Assembly (NCBI RefSeq): GCF_009914755.1
Contig: NC_060940.1
Direction: 5' to 3' (one strand)
From: the human T2T-CHM13v2.0 reference genome, Homo sapiens
Length of the DNA: 64,000 bases
Within the stretch, counting starts at the first letter, position 1, and each line of letters begins with the position of its first letter. The notes beneath the pieces are model-generated. The model did not search any database. It was not told the DNA's origin and saw nothing but the letters and a program-made list of their open reading frames with translations. The translations under genes were made by a program, and so were the position numbers. Of the stretch, positions 17,200 to 30,195 are shown one piece after another.

Positions 17200-17730
17200 A
17201 AAAACTCTATACAAAGCAAAGGATGACTCTCAGTATGTAAAACTGAAAGAGAACAAGATAATATGAGAGAAAAGATAAGAGAAACAGAAAATGATTTCAA
17301 ATGGTTCCTATTTCCACTAATAGAATTTCTAGAAAGATAGACTGAAGACAATGAGGATGTAAAGGTAATAAAAATTAACACGGAAAAATTTATTAGGCTG
17401 AAAAGAGACATTAATATTCAGATCAAAAGGGCCTACTAAGTATGAAAAAAAAATCCCTGCATTCACACAATCTTGTCATAGTTCAGAGCAAAAGAGAAGA
17501 TGCTAAAAAAAAGTTGTTAAAGGAAAATGAAGACACCTACAAGGAAATGAGAATCAGTTGCGTCAGACTCACGATTATCAGCGCTGGCTGGCTATTAAAA
17601 GACACCAGAATTCATTCTTTAATGTTCTCAAGCAAAATTGTTTTCATCATAGAATGCCATACCCAGCTGACAAAGTGTGATAGACAAAGATATTTTCAGA
17701 CACACAAGGACTCAGAAAATTGACTTCTCT
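17200..17730 (+). mobile_element. Very old L1M ORF1-region remnant
   Basis: A-rich text such as aaaagagacattaatattcagatcaaaagggcc, cacctacaaggaaatgagaatcag, ggactcagaaaatt. Confidence 0.5.
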
Positions 17731-18025
17731 CTACCCACCCTAAGACACACACACACAAGACAAGGCTATCATAAGAAAGAGTGAAGCTAGTCTGGGGTGT
17801 TGCTAAACGGAGATTCCAAGAAGACATCCACCTAAATATAAACAAACAGGAAAGCAGAGGACAGTAAAAAGAGTGAGTTTGAGAACAATGGAATGTACTG
17901 TGTTCAATAGATGGCAGGAGCGAAAAATGGAGGGATCAGAGTGCTTTTGCAAATAAGGTATGTATTTGCTTGTCTTCAGAAACAAAAGGTCAATTAGAAT
18001 TTCTGGAAAAAAATTAGATAAGTAA

Positions 18026-18534
18026 TGATGCAGGGCAGGCAAGCCTCAGAATTGGAGCTTAGCCCTGAGGATTCTTGACTTCACCCAGGAAAGAATTCAA
18101 AGGCAAGTCGCTGGTGTTAGACAGCAACATTTATTGAAGCGATGGTGTACAGCAGCAGCAGAGATACCATTCCTTGCAAAGCAGAGTGACTGCATAGGCA
18201 GTGTGGCCAGGGTGGCAGCTCAGAGGCAGTTCTTCAGTTGTATTTATACTCACTTTTAATTATATGCAAATTAAGAGATGATTATGCAGAAATTTCTAGG
18301 AAAGGGTTGGTAACTTCCGGGTTATTGAGTCATGGAAAGGGGCATGGAAAGGGGCAGTAACTTCGGGTGTTGCCATGACAATGGCAAACTGGCATGGCAC
18401 ACTGGTGGGCATGTCTCATGGCAAGGTGCTTCAACCTTGTCTATGTTTTAGCTAGTCCTCAATTTGGTCCAGTGTCTGAGCTCCACCTCCAGAGTCAAGC
18501 CTGCATCTGCAGTCAAATTCCACCTCCTACCTCA
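18026..18534 (-). mobile_element. ERV1 (MER4-group, MER66-like) solo LTR
   Basis: Minus strand begins TGAGGTAGGAGG and ends ...CTGCATCA (TG..CA), has AATAAA (tttatt on +), and a 4-bp TSD gtaa/gtac. Subfamily name is from memory. Confidence 0.8.
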
Positions 18535-19067
18535 GTACAACATTGTCCATATAAAACCAACAAAATATATTAAGAATTTTAAAAACTGGTGAAAAGAGAA
18601 TCTCTTTGATCTAGATCTTAGGAGCACTCTATTGTAAATGGTGCAAGAGTCAGAAATTGGATTCTTTGAGATGAAAAATAAATACAAACATTTTAGCTTG
18701 TCTTAAACAATATTTACATAGTATTAACTGTGTAAATAATATTTGTTGATTTATAATGTCTAGAATCTGCTAATAGACAAAGCACGAAAAGCAAATTAGG
18801 GTTACAGAATAAGATACGAATATTGTCAATTTCGAAATATTATCAACCACAAAAGAGGAGAGGAGATGTAGAGGAAAGGATAGGAGTGCTAATTGTTTAA
18901 TCTTACCTAGTTGGCTGCCCCAAGTATACTAGAAAGCATATTGTTTAGAATGACTGTGTATTATTTAGAATAACTAGAAACAGTGATAAAGATTATATTG
19001 GCTGGGGACCTAGAAAGGGGGGAGTTAGTTCTTCTTATAAGTCCTCTGAATTTTTTTGCTTTGTTAT

Positions 19068-19530
19068 TGTATTCATTTGTGAGGGCTGCCACAATAAATG
19101 ATCACAAGCTGTATGACTTAAAACAAAAGAAATTCATTTTTTCACGGTTCTGGAGGCTGGACTGTAAAATCCTGGTTGGTTAGCAGGTTAGTTCTTTTTT
19201 AAAGCTTCTGACAGAGAACCTGTCCCATGCTTCTCCTCTAATTTCTAGTGGTTGCCAGCAAACCTTGGTGTTCCTTGGCTTGTAGCTGCATCACTCCAAT
19301 CTTTGCCTCTGTCTTCACAATAGCATTCTGTGTGTGAGAGTGTGTGTGTGTGTGTCCCCATATTTCCCTCTTCATATGAAGACATCAGTCATGTCAAATC
19401 CAGGACCCAACCTGAGTATCACTTTATCTTAACTAATTATATCTGCAAAGACTCTATTTTCAAACAATGTCACATTCTGAGGTTGTGGGTAGACATGCAT
19501 TTTTGGGGGAATACTATTCAACCCATGACA
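19068..19530 (-). mobile_element. MLT1C-like MaLR solo LTR
   Basis: tgtattcatttgtgagggctgcc...ttcacggttctggaggctgg...ctattcaacccatgaca, 5-bp TSD gttat/gtcat. Confidence 0.88.
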
Positions 19531-20364
19531 GTCATCATATGTGCAAGTATTAGTTGGATAAAAAGATTCATACTTTGAGAATGATTATTTCATCTAAGTT
19601 GCCCTCTTGATATATTGTACAAGCATATTTGTTTATTGGAACCCATTCTCCTATTTATTCTAAACAAATGCCGTATATGAGGCTTGGCTGCAGAAGGTTA
19701 AGGAAGCAGCCATATGAACATGCTTTTGCCCTTTCTGTTAAAGCTCTTGTACAAAACATTGTCTATGGTGTAGTTTGATCACCCTCATGTAAGGATTTTT
19801 GTAATTTAGCACCAGAAAAAGTTTATTTATAAAATGGAACACTTCCTTTTATTGACTAATTAAGAAATATATGATTCATTTTATTTCCCTTTGTCTTCAC
19901 TGACAGAAAATTTTTCTGCTACACGTAGCAAATTACAGAGAAAATAACTACCTATTTATTGGAGCAAAGTCTCCCTGCAAGCAATTATTTTTGGATAATT
20001 TACCTTGCCTGTTAATTAACTAATTGACATTTAATCTAACAAATTCAATCTGTTAGAGAAACAGGAAGCTGAGCAATAGACAAATACAGTAGCTGAAAGG
20101 TACCCACAGCAGTGGGAATAAAGATGAGGTGCTACTTTAAGAAGCAGAATTGGTGGGACTTTATAAATGGAGTGAAGGAGAAAGAGAGGGGAATGCTACT
20201 CCAAGGTTGAAGGCTGCAGATGTTTGAGAGGGTGGCAGCTTGCCGACCAAGAAAAAGGAACATATTTGGAAGACAAGAAAATGAACCCAGACTTTGCTCT
20301 GGACTCCTGGTTTTCTGACCATTGAGAGGAGGGCCAGTGAAGTGTCCACACCACATAAGCAACA

Positions 20365-20860
20365 TTCATTCATAGGTTGATTGACTTAGTCTGTGCATTC
20401 ATTCAACAAATATTTATGTTCATCACTTCACTTTTCTTGATAAAGAGGAAAATAAAGACAAGTCCCTATTCTCATGTAACATATTCTAATGGAAGAAAAA
20501 CACAACACATGGTCAGCTAAACATGTCACACAGTGTGAGGTAGTGAGATGAACATGGAAAAGAACTAAAGCAGGGTGAAGAATAAAGAAACGTAGGGATG
20601 CTGGTCTAGTTTCTGTCACCAGTGAAGGACTTTCTGAGGGATTAGAGCTGAGCAGATGCGTAAGTGAAGTAGAAAATCTGTGGGCATCTAGAGGGAAGAG
20701 CATGTGCAAAGGCCCTAATGCAGGTGCATTGTCTGCCTGGGAGTTGATAGGAGCTGGGCAGATAGAGGGACAGAGATTAAAAAGGAGTCCAGGAGATAGG
20801 AAGGGGCCAGTTGTTGTAGGGCCTTGGAGGCCATGGTAAAGGCTTTAGATTTCATTCTTA
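20365..20860 (-). mobile_element. L2a 3' fragment
   Basis: cattcattcaacaaatatttatg...gcatgtgcaaaggccct...ggccttggaggccatggtaaaggctttagatttcattct. Confidence 0.8.
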
Positions 20861-20863
20861 GTA

Positions 20864-21131
20864 TTTTTTTTTTTTTTTTTGAAATGAGGTCTCGTTCTAT
20901 TACAGCCTGGAGTGTAGTGGTGCAATCTCGGCTCACTGCAACCTCCACGTCCCAGGTTTAAGCAATTCTGCTGTCTCAGTCTCCCTAGCTCAGCTAATTT
21001 TTTGTATTTTTAGTAGAGACAGGGTTTCGCCATGTTGGCCAGGCTAGTCTTAAACTCCTGACCTTAGGTGATTCTCCTACCTTGGCCTCCCAAAGTGCTG
21101 GGATTACAGGCGTGAGCCACTACGTCCAGCC
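20864..21131 (-). mobile_element. AluS with a ~30-nt internal deletion
   Basis: Poly(T), antisense Alu, junction ctccctagct|cagctaattttt, TSD-like tcttagta/tcttagtg. Confidence 0.93.
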
Positions 21132-22181
21132 TCTTAGTGTTTTCTATTTGACCTTGTGTCCCTTTACAAAAATGGTAGCATTTTGCTGATGATAATTTTC
21201 TCCAGATTATGGGCCTTGACATCTGTCTGTTCCCCAGGAATGTTATAGACTACATATTCCTAAGGACTTGTTTTGCTTGTTCCCTGGAATCCCACCCCTA
21301 CCACCAACCCCAATTAAGTAAGCTATATGTATATGCTTATTTTCGTGTGTCCAAAATTACTCTTGGCAACAGTACTGCATTTAAACCAAAGGTGCAGCTG
21401 TTTCTGATGAGCCCCTTTTTCAAGATGCATATTAGATGGAAAGAATCTGTTCCGTAGAAATTTGATTCTGAAATCTCAAATCATAGCTATAACTAAAAAA
21501 TATTTAGGGTAAATGTTTATTGTTTAGATAATTTATCATAAATCCTGATGGGACCACTTATTGGCTAAAAGATTTTTAACAAGTTAATTATCTCTCTGTA
21601 TAACACTTTCACCATGTGTCCAGCCAGGGGTGCAACAAATATATGTCCTAGAGATAAAAAAAGGCACAAATTCTGACATGACATGCAGAATAACATCTAA
21701 CAGATAAACATTAATGATTATTGTTCTTAGGCATGTACTTAAAACCTGAATATTAGTAATACTTTTATTTATATTAAATTTTTAAGTGACATTCTTAAAC
21801 TTCAGAATCTTGAAGTTTTTACTCTGATTTATATTACTTACTTGGAATAATTTAATTATTATGTCTCAAAGCCATTAACGTGTTGATATCATGTTTAAAG
21901 TTCACAACTTTGCATGTAATCTGACTTGAGTGTATTTATAGTAATAATGCTTTCATTTAAGTGTGCTCCAGCACATCTCTGCATCTGCAATGCTATATCA
22001 CAAATTAGTTTAACAGTAGTTTCATAACATTATCTAATAAGCAATCTAAACCAATTGGAAATATTTCCAGTTGACCCAATGTATCTTATAAAACTCGTTG
22101 TAAATTTTGTTGAGATGTTAAGCACCTTCATATACTTAAATAAGTTATGGATAATGGGATTTGGGAATTGGGACAGTTTTT

Positions 22182-24459
22182 AAAAATATCTATAAGCTTT
22201 TTCCCCCCTGCAGGTTTGTTATATACATGAACTTCTGTCATAGGGGTTTGTTGTATACATTATTTCATCACCCAGGTGCTAAGCATAGTACTCGACAGGT
22301 ATTTTCTCTGATGCTTACCCTTCTTTCACTTTCCACCCTATCGTAGGCCCCAGTATATATTGTTCCCCTCTATGTGTCCATGTGTTCTCATCATTTAACA
22401 CCCATTTATAAGTGACAACATGTGGTATTTGGTTTTCTGTTCCTGCATTAGTTTGCTAAGGATAATGGTCTCCAGCTCCAGCCATGTTGCTGCAAAGCAC
22501 ATTATCTCATTCTTTTTATGGCTGCATAGTATTCCATGACGTTTATGCACCACGTTTTTTTAATCTAGTCTACCATTGATGGGCATTTAGGTTGATTCCA
22601 TGTCTTTGCTATTGTGAATAGAGCTGCAATGAACGTACACATGTATGTGTCTTTATGGTAGAATAATTTATATTCCTTTGGGTATATACCCAATAATGAA
22701 TTTGCTGGGTTGAATAATAATGCTGTTTTTAGTTCTTCCTGGAACCACCACACTGCTTTCCACAATGGCCAAACTAATTTGCACTCCCACCAGCAGTATA
22801 TAAGCATTCCCCTTTCTCTGCAACCTCACCATCATCTGTTATTTTTAATACCACCCATTCTGACAGGTGTGATATGGTATCTCATTGTGGTTTTGATTTG
22901 CATTTCTCTAATAATTAGTAATGTACAGCATTTTTTCCATATGCTTATTGGCTGCATGTATGTCTTTTGAAAAGTGCCTGTTTATGTCTGTTGCCCACTT
23001 TTTTATGGGGTCATTTGTTTTTTGCTTGTAAATTTGTTAAAGTTCCTTATAGATTCTGGCTATTAGACCTTTGCCACATGCATAGTTTGAAAATAGTTTC
23101 TCCTATAGGTTGTTTGTTTATTCTGTTGGTAGTTTATTTTGCCGTATAGAAGCTCCTAAGTTTAATTCAATCCCATTTGCCCATTCTTGCTTTTGTTGAA
23201 GTTGCTTTTGGCACCTTCATCATGAAATCTTTGCTGGTTCCTCTGTCCAGAATGGTATTTCCTAGGTTATCATCTAGGATTTTTATAGTTTGTTTTCACA
23301 GTTAAGTCATTTCTGTTTTCACAGTTAAGTAATTTATAGTTTGTTTTCGCAGTTAAGTCGTTTCACAGTTAATTCATCTTGAGTTGATTTTGTATATGGT
23401 GTAAGGAAAAGGATCTAATCTGCCTATGGGTAGCCAGTTATCCCAGGACCATTTGTTGAATAGGGAATCATTTCCCCATTGCTTTGTTTTTGCCAGCTTT
23501 GTTGAAGATCATATGGTCATAGTTGTATGGCTTTATTTTGGGGCTCTCTATTCTGTTCCATTGGTCTATGTTTCTGTTTTTGTCCCAGTACCATATAGTT
23601 TTGGTTACTGTAGCCCTGCAGTATAGTTTAGAGTTGGGTAACATGATGACTCCAGCTTTCTCCTTTTTGCTTAGGATTGCTTTGGCTATTGGGGCTGTTT
23701 TTTGGTTCCATATGAATTTTAAAATAGTTTTTTCTAGTTCTGTGAAGAATGTTATTGGTAGTTTGATAGGAATAGCATTGAATCTGTAAATTTCTTAGGT
23801 CAGTATGGCCAATTTAATGGTATTATTGCTATCCACGAGCGTGGAATGTTTTTCCATTTGTTTGTGTCATCTCTTTTTTTCTTTGAGCAGTGTTTTGTAA
23901 TTCTCATCATAGAGATCCTTCACCCTTCTGGTTAGCTGTATTCCTAGGTATTATATTTTTGTGGCAATTGGAATGAGATTGCATTCCTGATTTGGCTCTC
24001 AGCTTGGCTGTTGTTGGTGTATAGGAATGCTAGAGATTTTTGCACATTAATTTTGCATTCTGAAACTTTGCTGAAGTTGTTTATTAGCTTAAAGAGCTTT
24101 TGGGTTTTCTAGATACAGAATCATATAATCTGCAAATAGGGAGAGTTTGACTTTCTCTCTTCCTGTTGGGAGGCCTTTTATTTCTTTCTCTTGCCTGATT
24201 GCTCTGACCTTAACTTCCAATATTATACTGAATAGGAGTGGTGGTAGAGGACACCCTTGTCTTGTGCCAGTTTCAAAGGAGAATGATCCCAGTTTTTGTC
24301 CATTCAGTATGATGTTGGCTGTGGGTTTGTAATAGATGGCTCTTAATATTTTGAAGTATGTTCCCTCAATGCCTAGTTTGAGGGTTTTTAACATGAAGGG
24401 ATTTTAAATTTTAACAAAGGCCTTTCTGTGCCTGTTGAGATAATCACATGTATTTTTGA
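22182..24459 (-). mobile_element. 5'-truncated L1PA (older, L1PA13-15-like)
   Basis: ORF2-like ORFs (24089-24394 [14 protein letters not shown]; 22565-22807 YCWWECKLV) and a 3'UTR. TSD-like ggaattgggacagttttt (22164-22181) / ggaattgggactattttt (24460-24477). Confidence 0.93.
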
Positions 24460-24604
24460 GGAATTGGGACTATTTTTTTTTTACATTTTTAATACAGTTT
24501 TAGTCAATTACACATTCTCCATTCGTTTGGAAAAGTGAAGAAACTTAATATTAGAGTAAATAATTTTGCAACTGTGTTACAAAGAGATTCTAATCACTCA
24601 AATT

Positions 24605-24780
24605 AGGAAGATTCAAACTTGAGTGTGCATCACAGAAGAGCTTGTAAAACCAGTTTGTGGGGCCCTGCTCCCAGGGCTTTTGGTTCTGTGGGTAGGACTG
24701 GGAACTGGGAACGTGCATTTTTCAAAAGTTCCTTGGTCATTCTGATGCTACTACCTGGAGACCGCCCTTGGAGAACTAGA
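24605..24780. mobile_element. MER5A hAT-Charlie element
   Basis: tcaaacttgagtgtgcatca...agcttgtaaaac...gtgcatttttcaaaagttccttggtcattctgatgct...cccttggagaact. Confidence 0.8.
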
Positions 24781-25783
24781 GCAGTATATCCTGTTCATAC
24801 AACTATCATGCATATTTTTTAAAGTTATCTTAATTTGTGCACCTGCTCACCTAAGATGGTCATATATGACATTTCTACTTCTCACTTAATTTAATAACTA
24901 ACTTTTGAGAACTGTGGGCAAGATGGATACTGTGTTAACACTAGAAGCAATAGTTCTCCGTCGTGAGATACTTTCTAACATTTTTCCAAAGCACTGGGGA
25001 TACACCAAGCACAAAAAGTCCACATGAAAGCAGTCATCTATCCATAGGCAAATAAAATTCTGTGAGATAAGGCCAAACCACACTCTCACGGAGTCAATTT
25101 GGCTTAGGATGTGTCTGCGTGCACACATGTACATAATCCATTGAGTTAATTGATCTAAAGGGAACAATCTGGACCGTTTGGAAATTCCCTGCTTCTTGAT
25201 GAAGTGGTAAGAACCACAGTTATTCAACTATAAAAGGGAATTTTGGAAAGGTCATAATGAGCTTTATTCACCCTTAGACCCAGGGCACCTAATGGGCTTG
25301 CTCTGAAGAGGGCCATTGAGGGAATTTATTTGACTTGGGCAATTTTTTCCTCCAAGTAGAAGCAAATTGACCTATCTTAAAAAAAAAAAAAAATAGCTCA
25401 TAGACCCAGCAGCACAAGCTAGCTTATGGAAACTCAGATGGCAGACCTAGGAGGATGGATCACTGTTGCTCAACTCCTCAGTAAAAACAAACAAACAAAC
25501 AAACAAACAAAACACCAGTGTGCTTCCTTCAACACACCTAGATGTCCTTGATGACCCCATTCTCTCTTCACGTAACTAGGCAATGATTAATTATTGCCAT
25601 AGCTGATTAGGCTTCATGATATATACTTCTCACTGCCGCCACCTCTGTAAATGACCTTGCTTCAACCAGCACATCCGTCTCAGCCCAAGACCAGGTAGCT
25701 TCGCACACTCTACGATGCAACACGATAATTGGTTCTCTGTCTTGCAATCAGAGTAGCCTCCCACCACAAACAGAAACACACAC

Positions 25784-25785
<2 letters not shown>

Positions 25786-25829
<44 letters not shown>
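25786..25829. repeat. (AC)22 perfect microsatellite
   Basis: Seen directly. Likely polymorphic. Confidence 0.97.
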
Positions 25830-25831
<2 letters not shown>

Positions 25832-26789
25832 TGAATGTGAAGGGAAAGGTGAAAAATGGAGATGAAAGATGAAAGTAGAATTTTATAAATGTCTTTGATT
25901 TGACCAGTACTAATATATTGCTTCCAAATTGTGTGCTTATGCCTCTATTTCTGCTCAAATCAGGTTTGGAATTTTTGCTTTTTTTTTTTAATCAGGAAAT
26001 ACTCACTCTTCAGGCTCATACACAAACCCCATAAAACTGCCTATCTCATGAATACTTTGTAAGTGTGTGGCAGATAATTGCATGATATGGTATGGAATAT
26101 TGGAGTGGGTGGTTGACTAAGACTGTGGAAGTCAAATGGAAGTAAAGAACGTGAGGCAGAAACTAGAGTGAGGGCCCTTTAGGGACTAGCATGAGAGAGG
26201 GTAGAATGGAGCTCGAGACCCAGGGAGGGTGGAAAGGCAAACAGATGGGCAGGGGCAGTAATGGGAGGTCAAGGAGAATGTCAGTTATGGGAGCAAGATT
26301 TGCCCGAAATGCAGATATCAGCTCACTGGAGTGTGACAGTGGGTCACAGAGTGATGGCTCAAGTTAGAGAAGAAGCACCCAGAGTCTGTGTGGCCAAAGT
26401 CCCACTGCTCTTCAGATGAAAAGTAAACACAGTCAGCTCATAACACATAGTAGCAAGCAGGGCAAAGGCTAAGTAGAATCAGCTCTCCTTATGAATTTTA
26501 AGGGTTTAGGGACCAAGGAGAATTTCATGAAGCTCACTAGATAACATTCAGCCCAGGTTATTAGAGAAAGCTGAGGGTGCCTTGAAAAGAATCATAAATA
26601 CAGTGGTTAGAAAAAGATAGTAAAGGTAGCCGATCAATAGAGGATATAAAGCCAGATTACCTTGCAACATATAAAGGGATAGTTTTTTTAAAAAAAATTA
26701 ATAATGGAATATCTCGTATACATATTTGTTGAGGAATGCTTCTAAACCTGGATTTGCTACTCAGTAAAGCACTGAAATGCAATTCCTTC

Positions 26790-27250
26790 CTATATAAGTT
26801 ACTTATTTCTACATAACAAAAGACCCTACGTTGTCTTAGTGGCATAAATAACAGTCATTTGTTAATTTCCATGTGGCTGGGAGTCAGCTGGCAGTTCTGC
26901 TGATCTGAGCCAGGCTTGCCTGATGAGTTTGCTCATGTGTCTGGTGTCTGTGTTAGCTGCATTGTTGGCTGGAAGCTAGCAGATCTAGGATGGCCTTGGC
27001 TGGGATAAAGGAATGCTCCACATTTCTTTGACACCTCTCTATCATGGAGTATTCTCCTGGTGAACCCAGATAAACATACAAGAGCACAGAAATGCACTAA
27101 CATTTTTCATACTGCTGCTTGCTTTCAAACTGCTTGTGATCCATTGGCTAAAGCAAGTTACGTAAGTCCAGAATAAATGTGGGACAGAATTAGGGAAAGG
27201 TTTGCATATGGGGGAATAGAGGCCACTCAGGCGTTCAGTCTATACCACCT
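26790..27250 (-). mobile_element. MLT1 (G/H-like) MaLR LTR remnant
   Basis: agttacttatttctacataacaaaagaccc...cagctggcagttctgctgatctgagccaggc...tctaggatggcc...ccattggctaaagcaagttac...cagtctataccac. Confidence 0.7.
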
Positions 27251-28749
27251 AATTTTTCTTTGTTTAATGGTAGAAATTATAGCAATTCTGAAAGGCTTAC
27301 AATTCACTATATTTAACTATGTGGGAAAAAATACCCTGCTGTATTTCTTTTCTGCTTTTTTTTTTCTATAATTATATGTATTTCCCATTTTCAGTTATCC
27401 TACCGTACTCATTTTCACAACTTGCACTATTCTTAAACGCCATTTTTTTAAGCCTGCATAACATTCTGACTTGCTGTTATGGTGTGTTAATTTAAACATT
27501 TTCAAATTATGGAAACTTTGTTATATACAAGATTGCTTCCTTAGGCGAGTTGATTTAATTGGAAATTAGTGGGTCAATCATTCTTAAGTTCCTCTGGGCC
27601 TGTTAGCAAAGTGCTTTCCAAAATATTTGTTCTACTTTCCATTATCAATTACAAATGCACCATGCTCTCTCCAACCAGGTGTATTACCTTCCTTTATTAA
27701 ATATTGGCAATAAGAATAATAACTGCAGTTACCTCAGAGGGCCATAGTTGGTACTCACTGAATGAATCCATAGGAAGTCACAGAATGGTGTTAGATATTA
27801 GCTAAGCTCTAAATAAATGTTAGTAAAATTATGAATAGTATGTTAATTTGAATGTATTGGATTTTTCATGATTAAGTTTAAATGTTATATCTTCTTTTGT
27901 GAATCATCTTTTTATTGTCTCTTCTCCTCTCCTTTTGACTCCTAGCTTATTTTCTGTCATCTGAGTTTTCTTTTGCTTCCCCTACCCGTTTCTATTTCCA
28001 CATTCTATTTTATATAAAAAAAATTGAATTTAAAGTTTTTATAAACTCTTTACAGAACTGCATTATATGAAGCAAATTAAGTCACTGGTTTCCACGTCCT
28101 CCAGTTTCTGCAATAATACTACATAAACAGAGAAAAAACAGGATCCGGAGACAAAGACAAGCCTGGAAATACCTTCAACACTGTTAAATAGGTCCATTTC
28201 CTTATGCTTTTTCTCAATAACTGAAATTTCTCCATTTCCCTCCATTTCCCATGATGAAGTTTGCCCAGACCAATTGGATGATGATATCACCTAGGATATC
28301 ACCAATACTATCAGCTTTCTTCACTCTGTGACTGTGTAGTTCTGTAGGGGGGTTGGGTAGTTTCTCTGGAACTAATAAGAAGCTAGAATTGTTTGCTTCA
28401 TGAAGAGTGGCATAGAACACTAGAATTACTCTGTGCGTGGAAGATAAATGTCTTCTCCCCTCCCTTTGTTTTATTGGCAACAATTAAGCTGATTTAAAAA
28501 TAAATCCATGCTTCCTCTGTGTGGACTCCACACTTAAACATTCATAATTGCTCCCCGAACGTAATGGCCTAGATGTTACTTTTAGATAGTTGAAATGCTA
28601 AGTCATATATTTTTAAACCATTGAGTCATTGTTAATTAATGTCTATTTGTTTTAATTTTGAAGCTCTGCTGAATTAATCAATAATGGATGTTGAAAGCAC
28701 AGGCCATAGTGATAAACTTATGTGACTTCTTTTTCCTTTGCAATTTCAC

Positions 28750-29224
28750 AGATAGAAGATTTATTCTTACTGTAGATCTCAGCAATCTCAGTGTGTGATT
28801 TTATTTCTCCTTATTAAGTGAGGAACTTTCACCTTTTCACTTAAAGGATGCACATTAGGGCTTTTTCTTGGCATACTCGAACTGCCTGCATCACTACTCT
28901 TGCCTTTTGAAGCCATTAGTGAGTAAAGTAAGAGTGACTTGAACAGAAGCACTGTGATACCAGGGTAGTCAACCTGATAACCAGAGGACTGCTAAGTTAC
29001 CAACTGGCAGGTGGTATGGATATGCCAGGCAAAGAAATGATTTACGTCCCAGGTGGATGGCGCAGGACAGCATGAGATTTCATCACACTACTCAGCATGG
29101 CGCACCCTGTAAAATTGATGAATTGTGTATTTCTGGAATTTTCCATTAAATATGTTCAGACTGCAGTTGAGCCCGGGTAACCGAAACTGTGGAAAGTGAA
29201 GCCGTGGAAAAGCGAAGACTCCTG
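28750..29224 (-). mobile_element. MER44/Tigger7-family TcMar DNA transposon fragment
   Basis: gagatttcatcacactactcag...tatttctggaattttccatt..atatgttcagactgcagttgagcccgggtaaccgaaactgtggaaagtgaagccgtgga matches the antisense MER44 terminus. Confidence 0.8.
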
Positions 29225-30099
29225 TTTTTTTGAGGAGTTGGTAGAGTGAAGATTTAAACAGCTCCATCAAAGGAAAAATGTGATTTAAGAAACTGAAAAG
29301 GAAATGTATTTTTTAAATATGTGAGGCCCCTTGGGCACATGTGTAACCCTGCAAGAACGAAATATGCCCTGAAAGAAGTGAAGATCCTTTGAGATTTTTT
29401 TAAATCCTTATTACCTATCCACAACAAAATTAGAAAACAAAATTGGAAGTTGACATTTTGAAACTGATTCCAAGTGTTGTTCTGAATGCAGTGAGGGAAG
29501 AAACGGGGTAGAGAAAAATTCGGTTTCTGCTACGGACGAATAGTGCTTTGGCCACCCTTGCTGTGGCACTCATCTAGCTAGACAACCGCACCACTGCAGG
29601 GTCACAGCTATACCTACAGCTCACTTTGATAACCCTCCACGCACCTCACTACCACCACTGCAGAGAAAGTTCTGAAACTGTGGCACCAACAATACTCTCA
29701 TGGCCAGCTGGCCAATCCCCCGGAGAGAAAGAACACAGACCTATATACCATGTGGGCTCACTCTGCAGCATGTTAATAGCAAAGCAATCTTATTCCGCAA
29801 ATACTACATGTGTAGATTTTATCAATTTATTTGCTGGAAAGATTGTGCAAATACCACACTGTCCCATGAGAAAACAGATACCTGATGATTTGAAAAGATG
29901 TTTTAACTTTTAAATACAGTGGCATTCATCTAAGGGATTCCATGATTCCCAGGACCACCACTTGAATTTCCAACAACAACTGTCTTCCTCCCCTTCTGCC
30001 ATAAAGAGAGGCAGAATCTTAATGATGTTGAGAAGGTGTGTCCTCTGCTTGGGTCAGGAAAGATGCTAAAACAAGAAAGGTTAAGTAGGAAAGTAAGAA

Positions 30100-30195
30100 T
30101 TTTTTTTTTTTTTTTTTTTTTTGTGGCAGAGTTTCGCTCTTGTTGCCCAGGCTGGAGTCCAGTGGTGTGATCTCGGCTCACTGCAACCTCCGCCT
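30100..30195 (-). mobile_element. Alu 3' fragment (AluSp/Sq-like), severely 5'-truncated
   Basis: Poly(T) then gagtttcgctcttgttgcccaggctggagt..ctgcaacctccgcct, ending abruptly. Confidence 0.9.

Noticed and set aside
23281-23373. CRISPR-like repeat array
   Set aside because: Primate DNA, units abut without unique spacers, and it lies within an L1.
28063-28483. Two minus-strand ORFs in unique DNA
   Set aside because: No recognisable protein similarity and no convincing exon boundaries.
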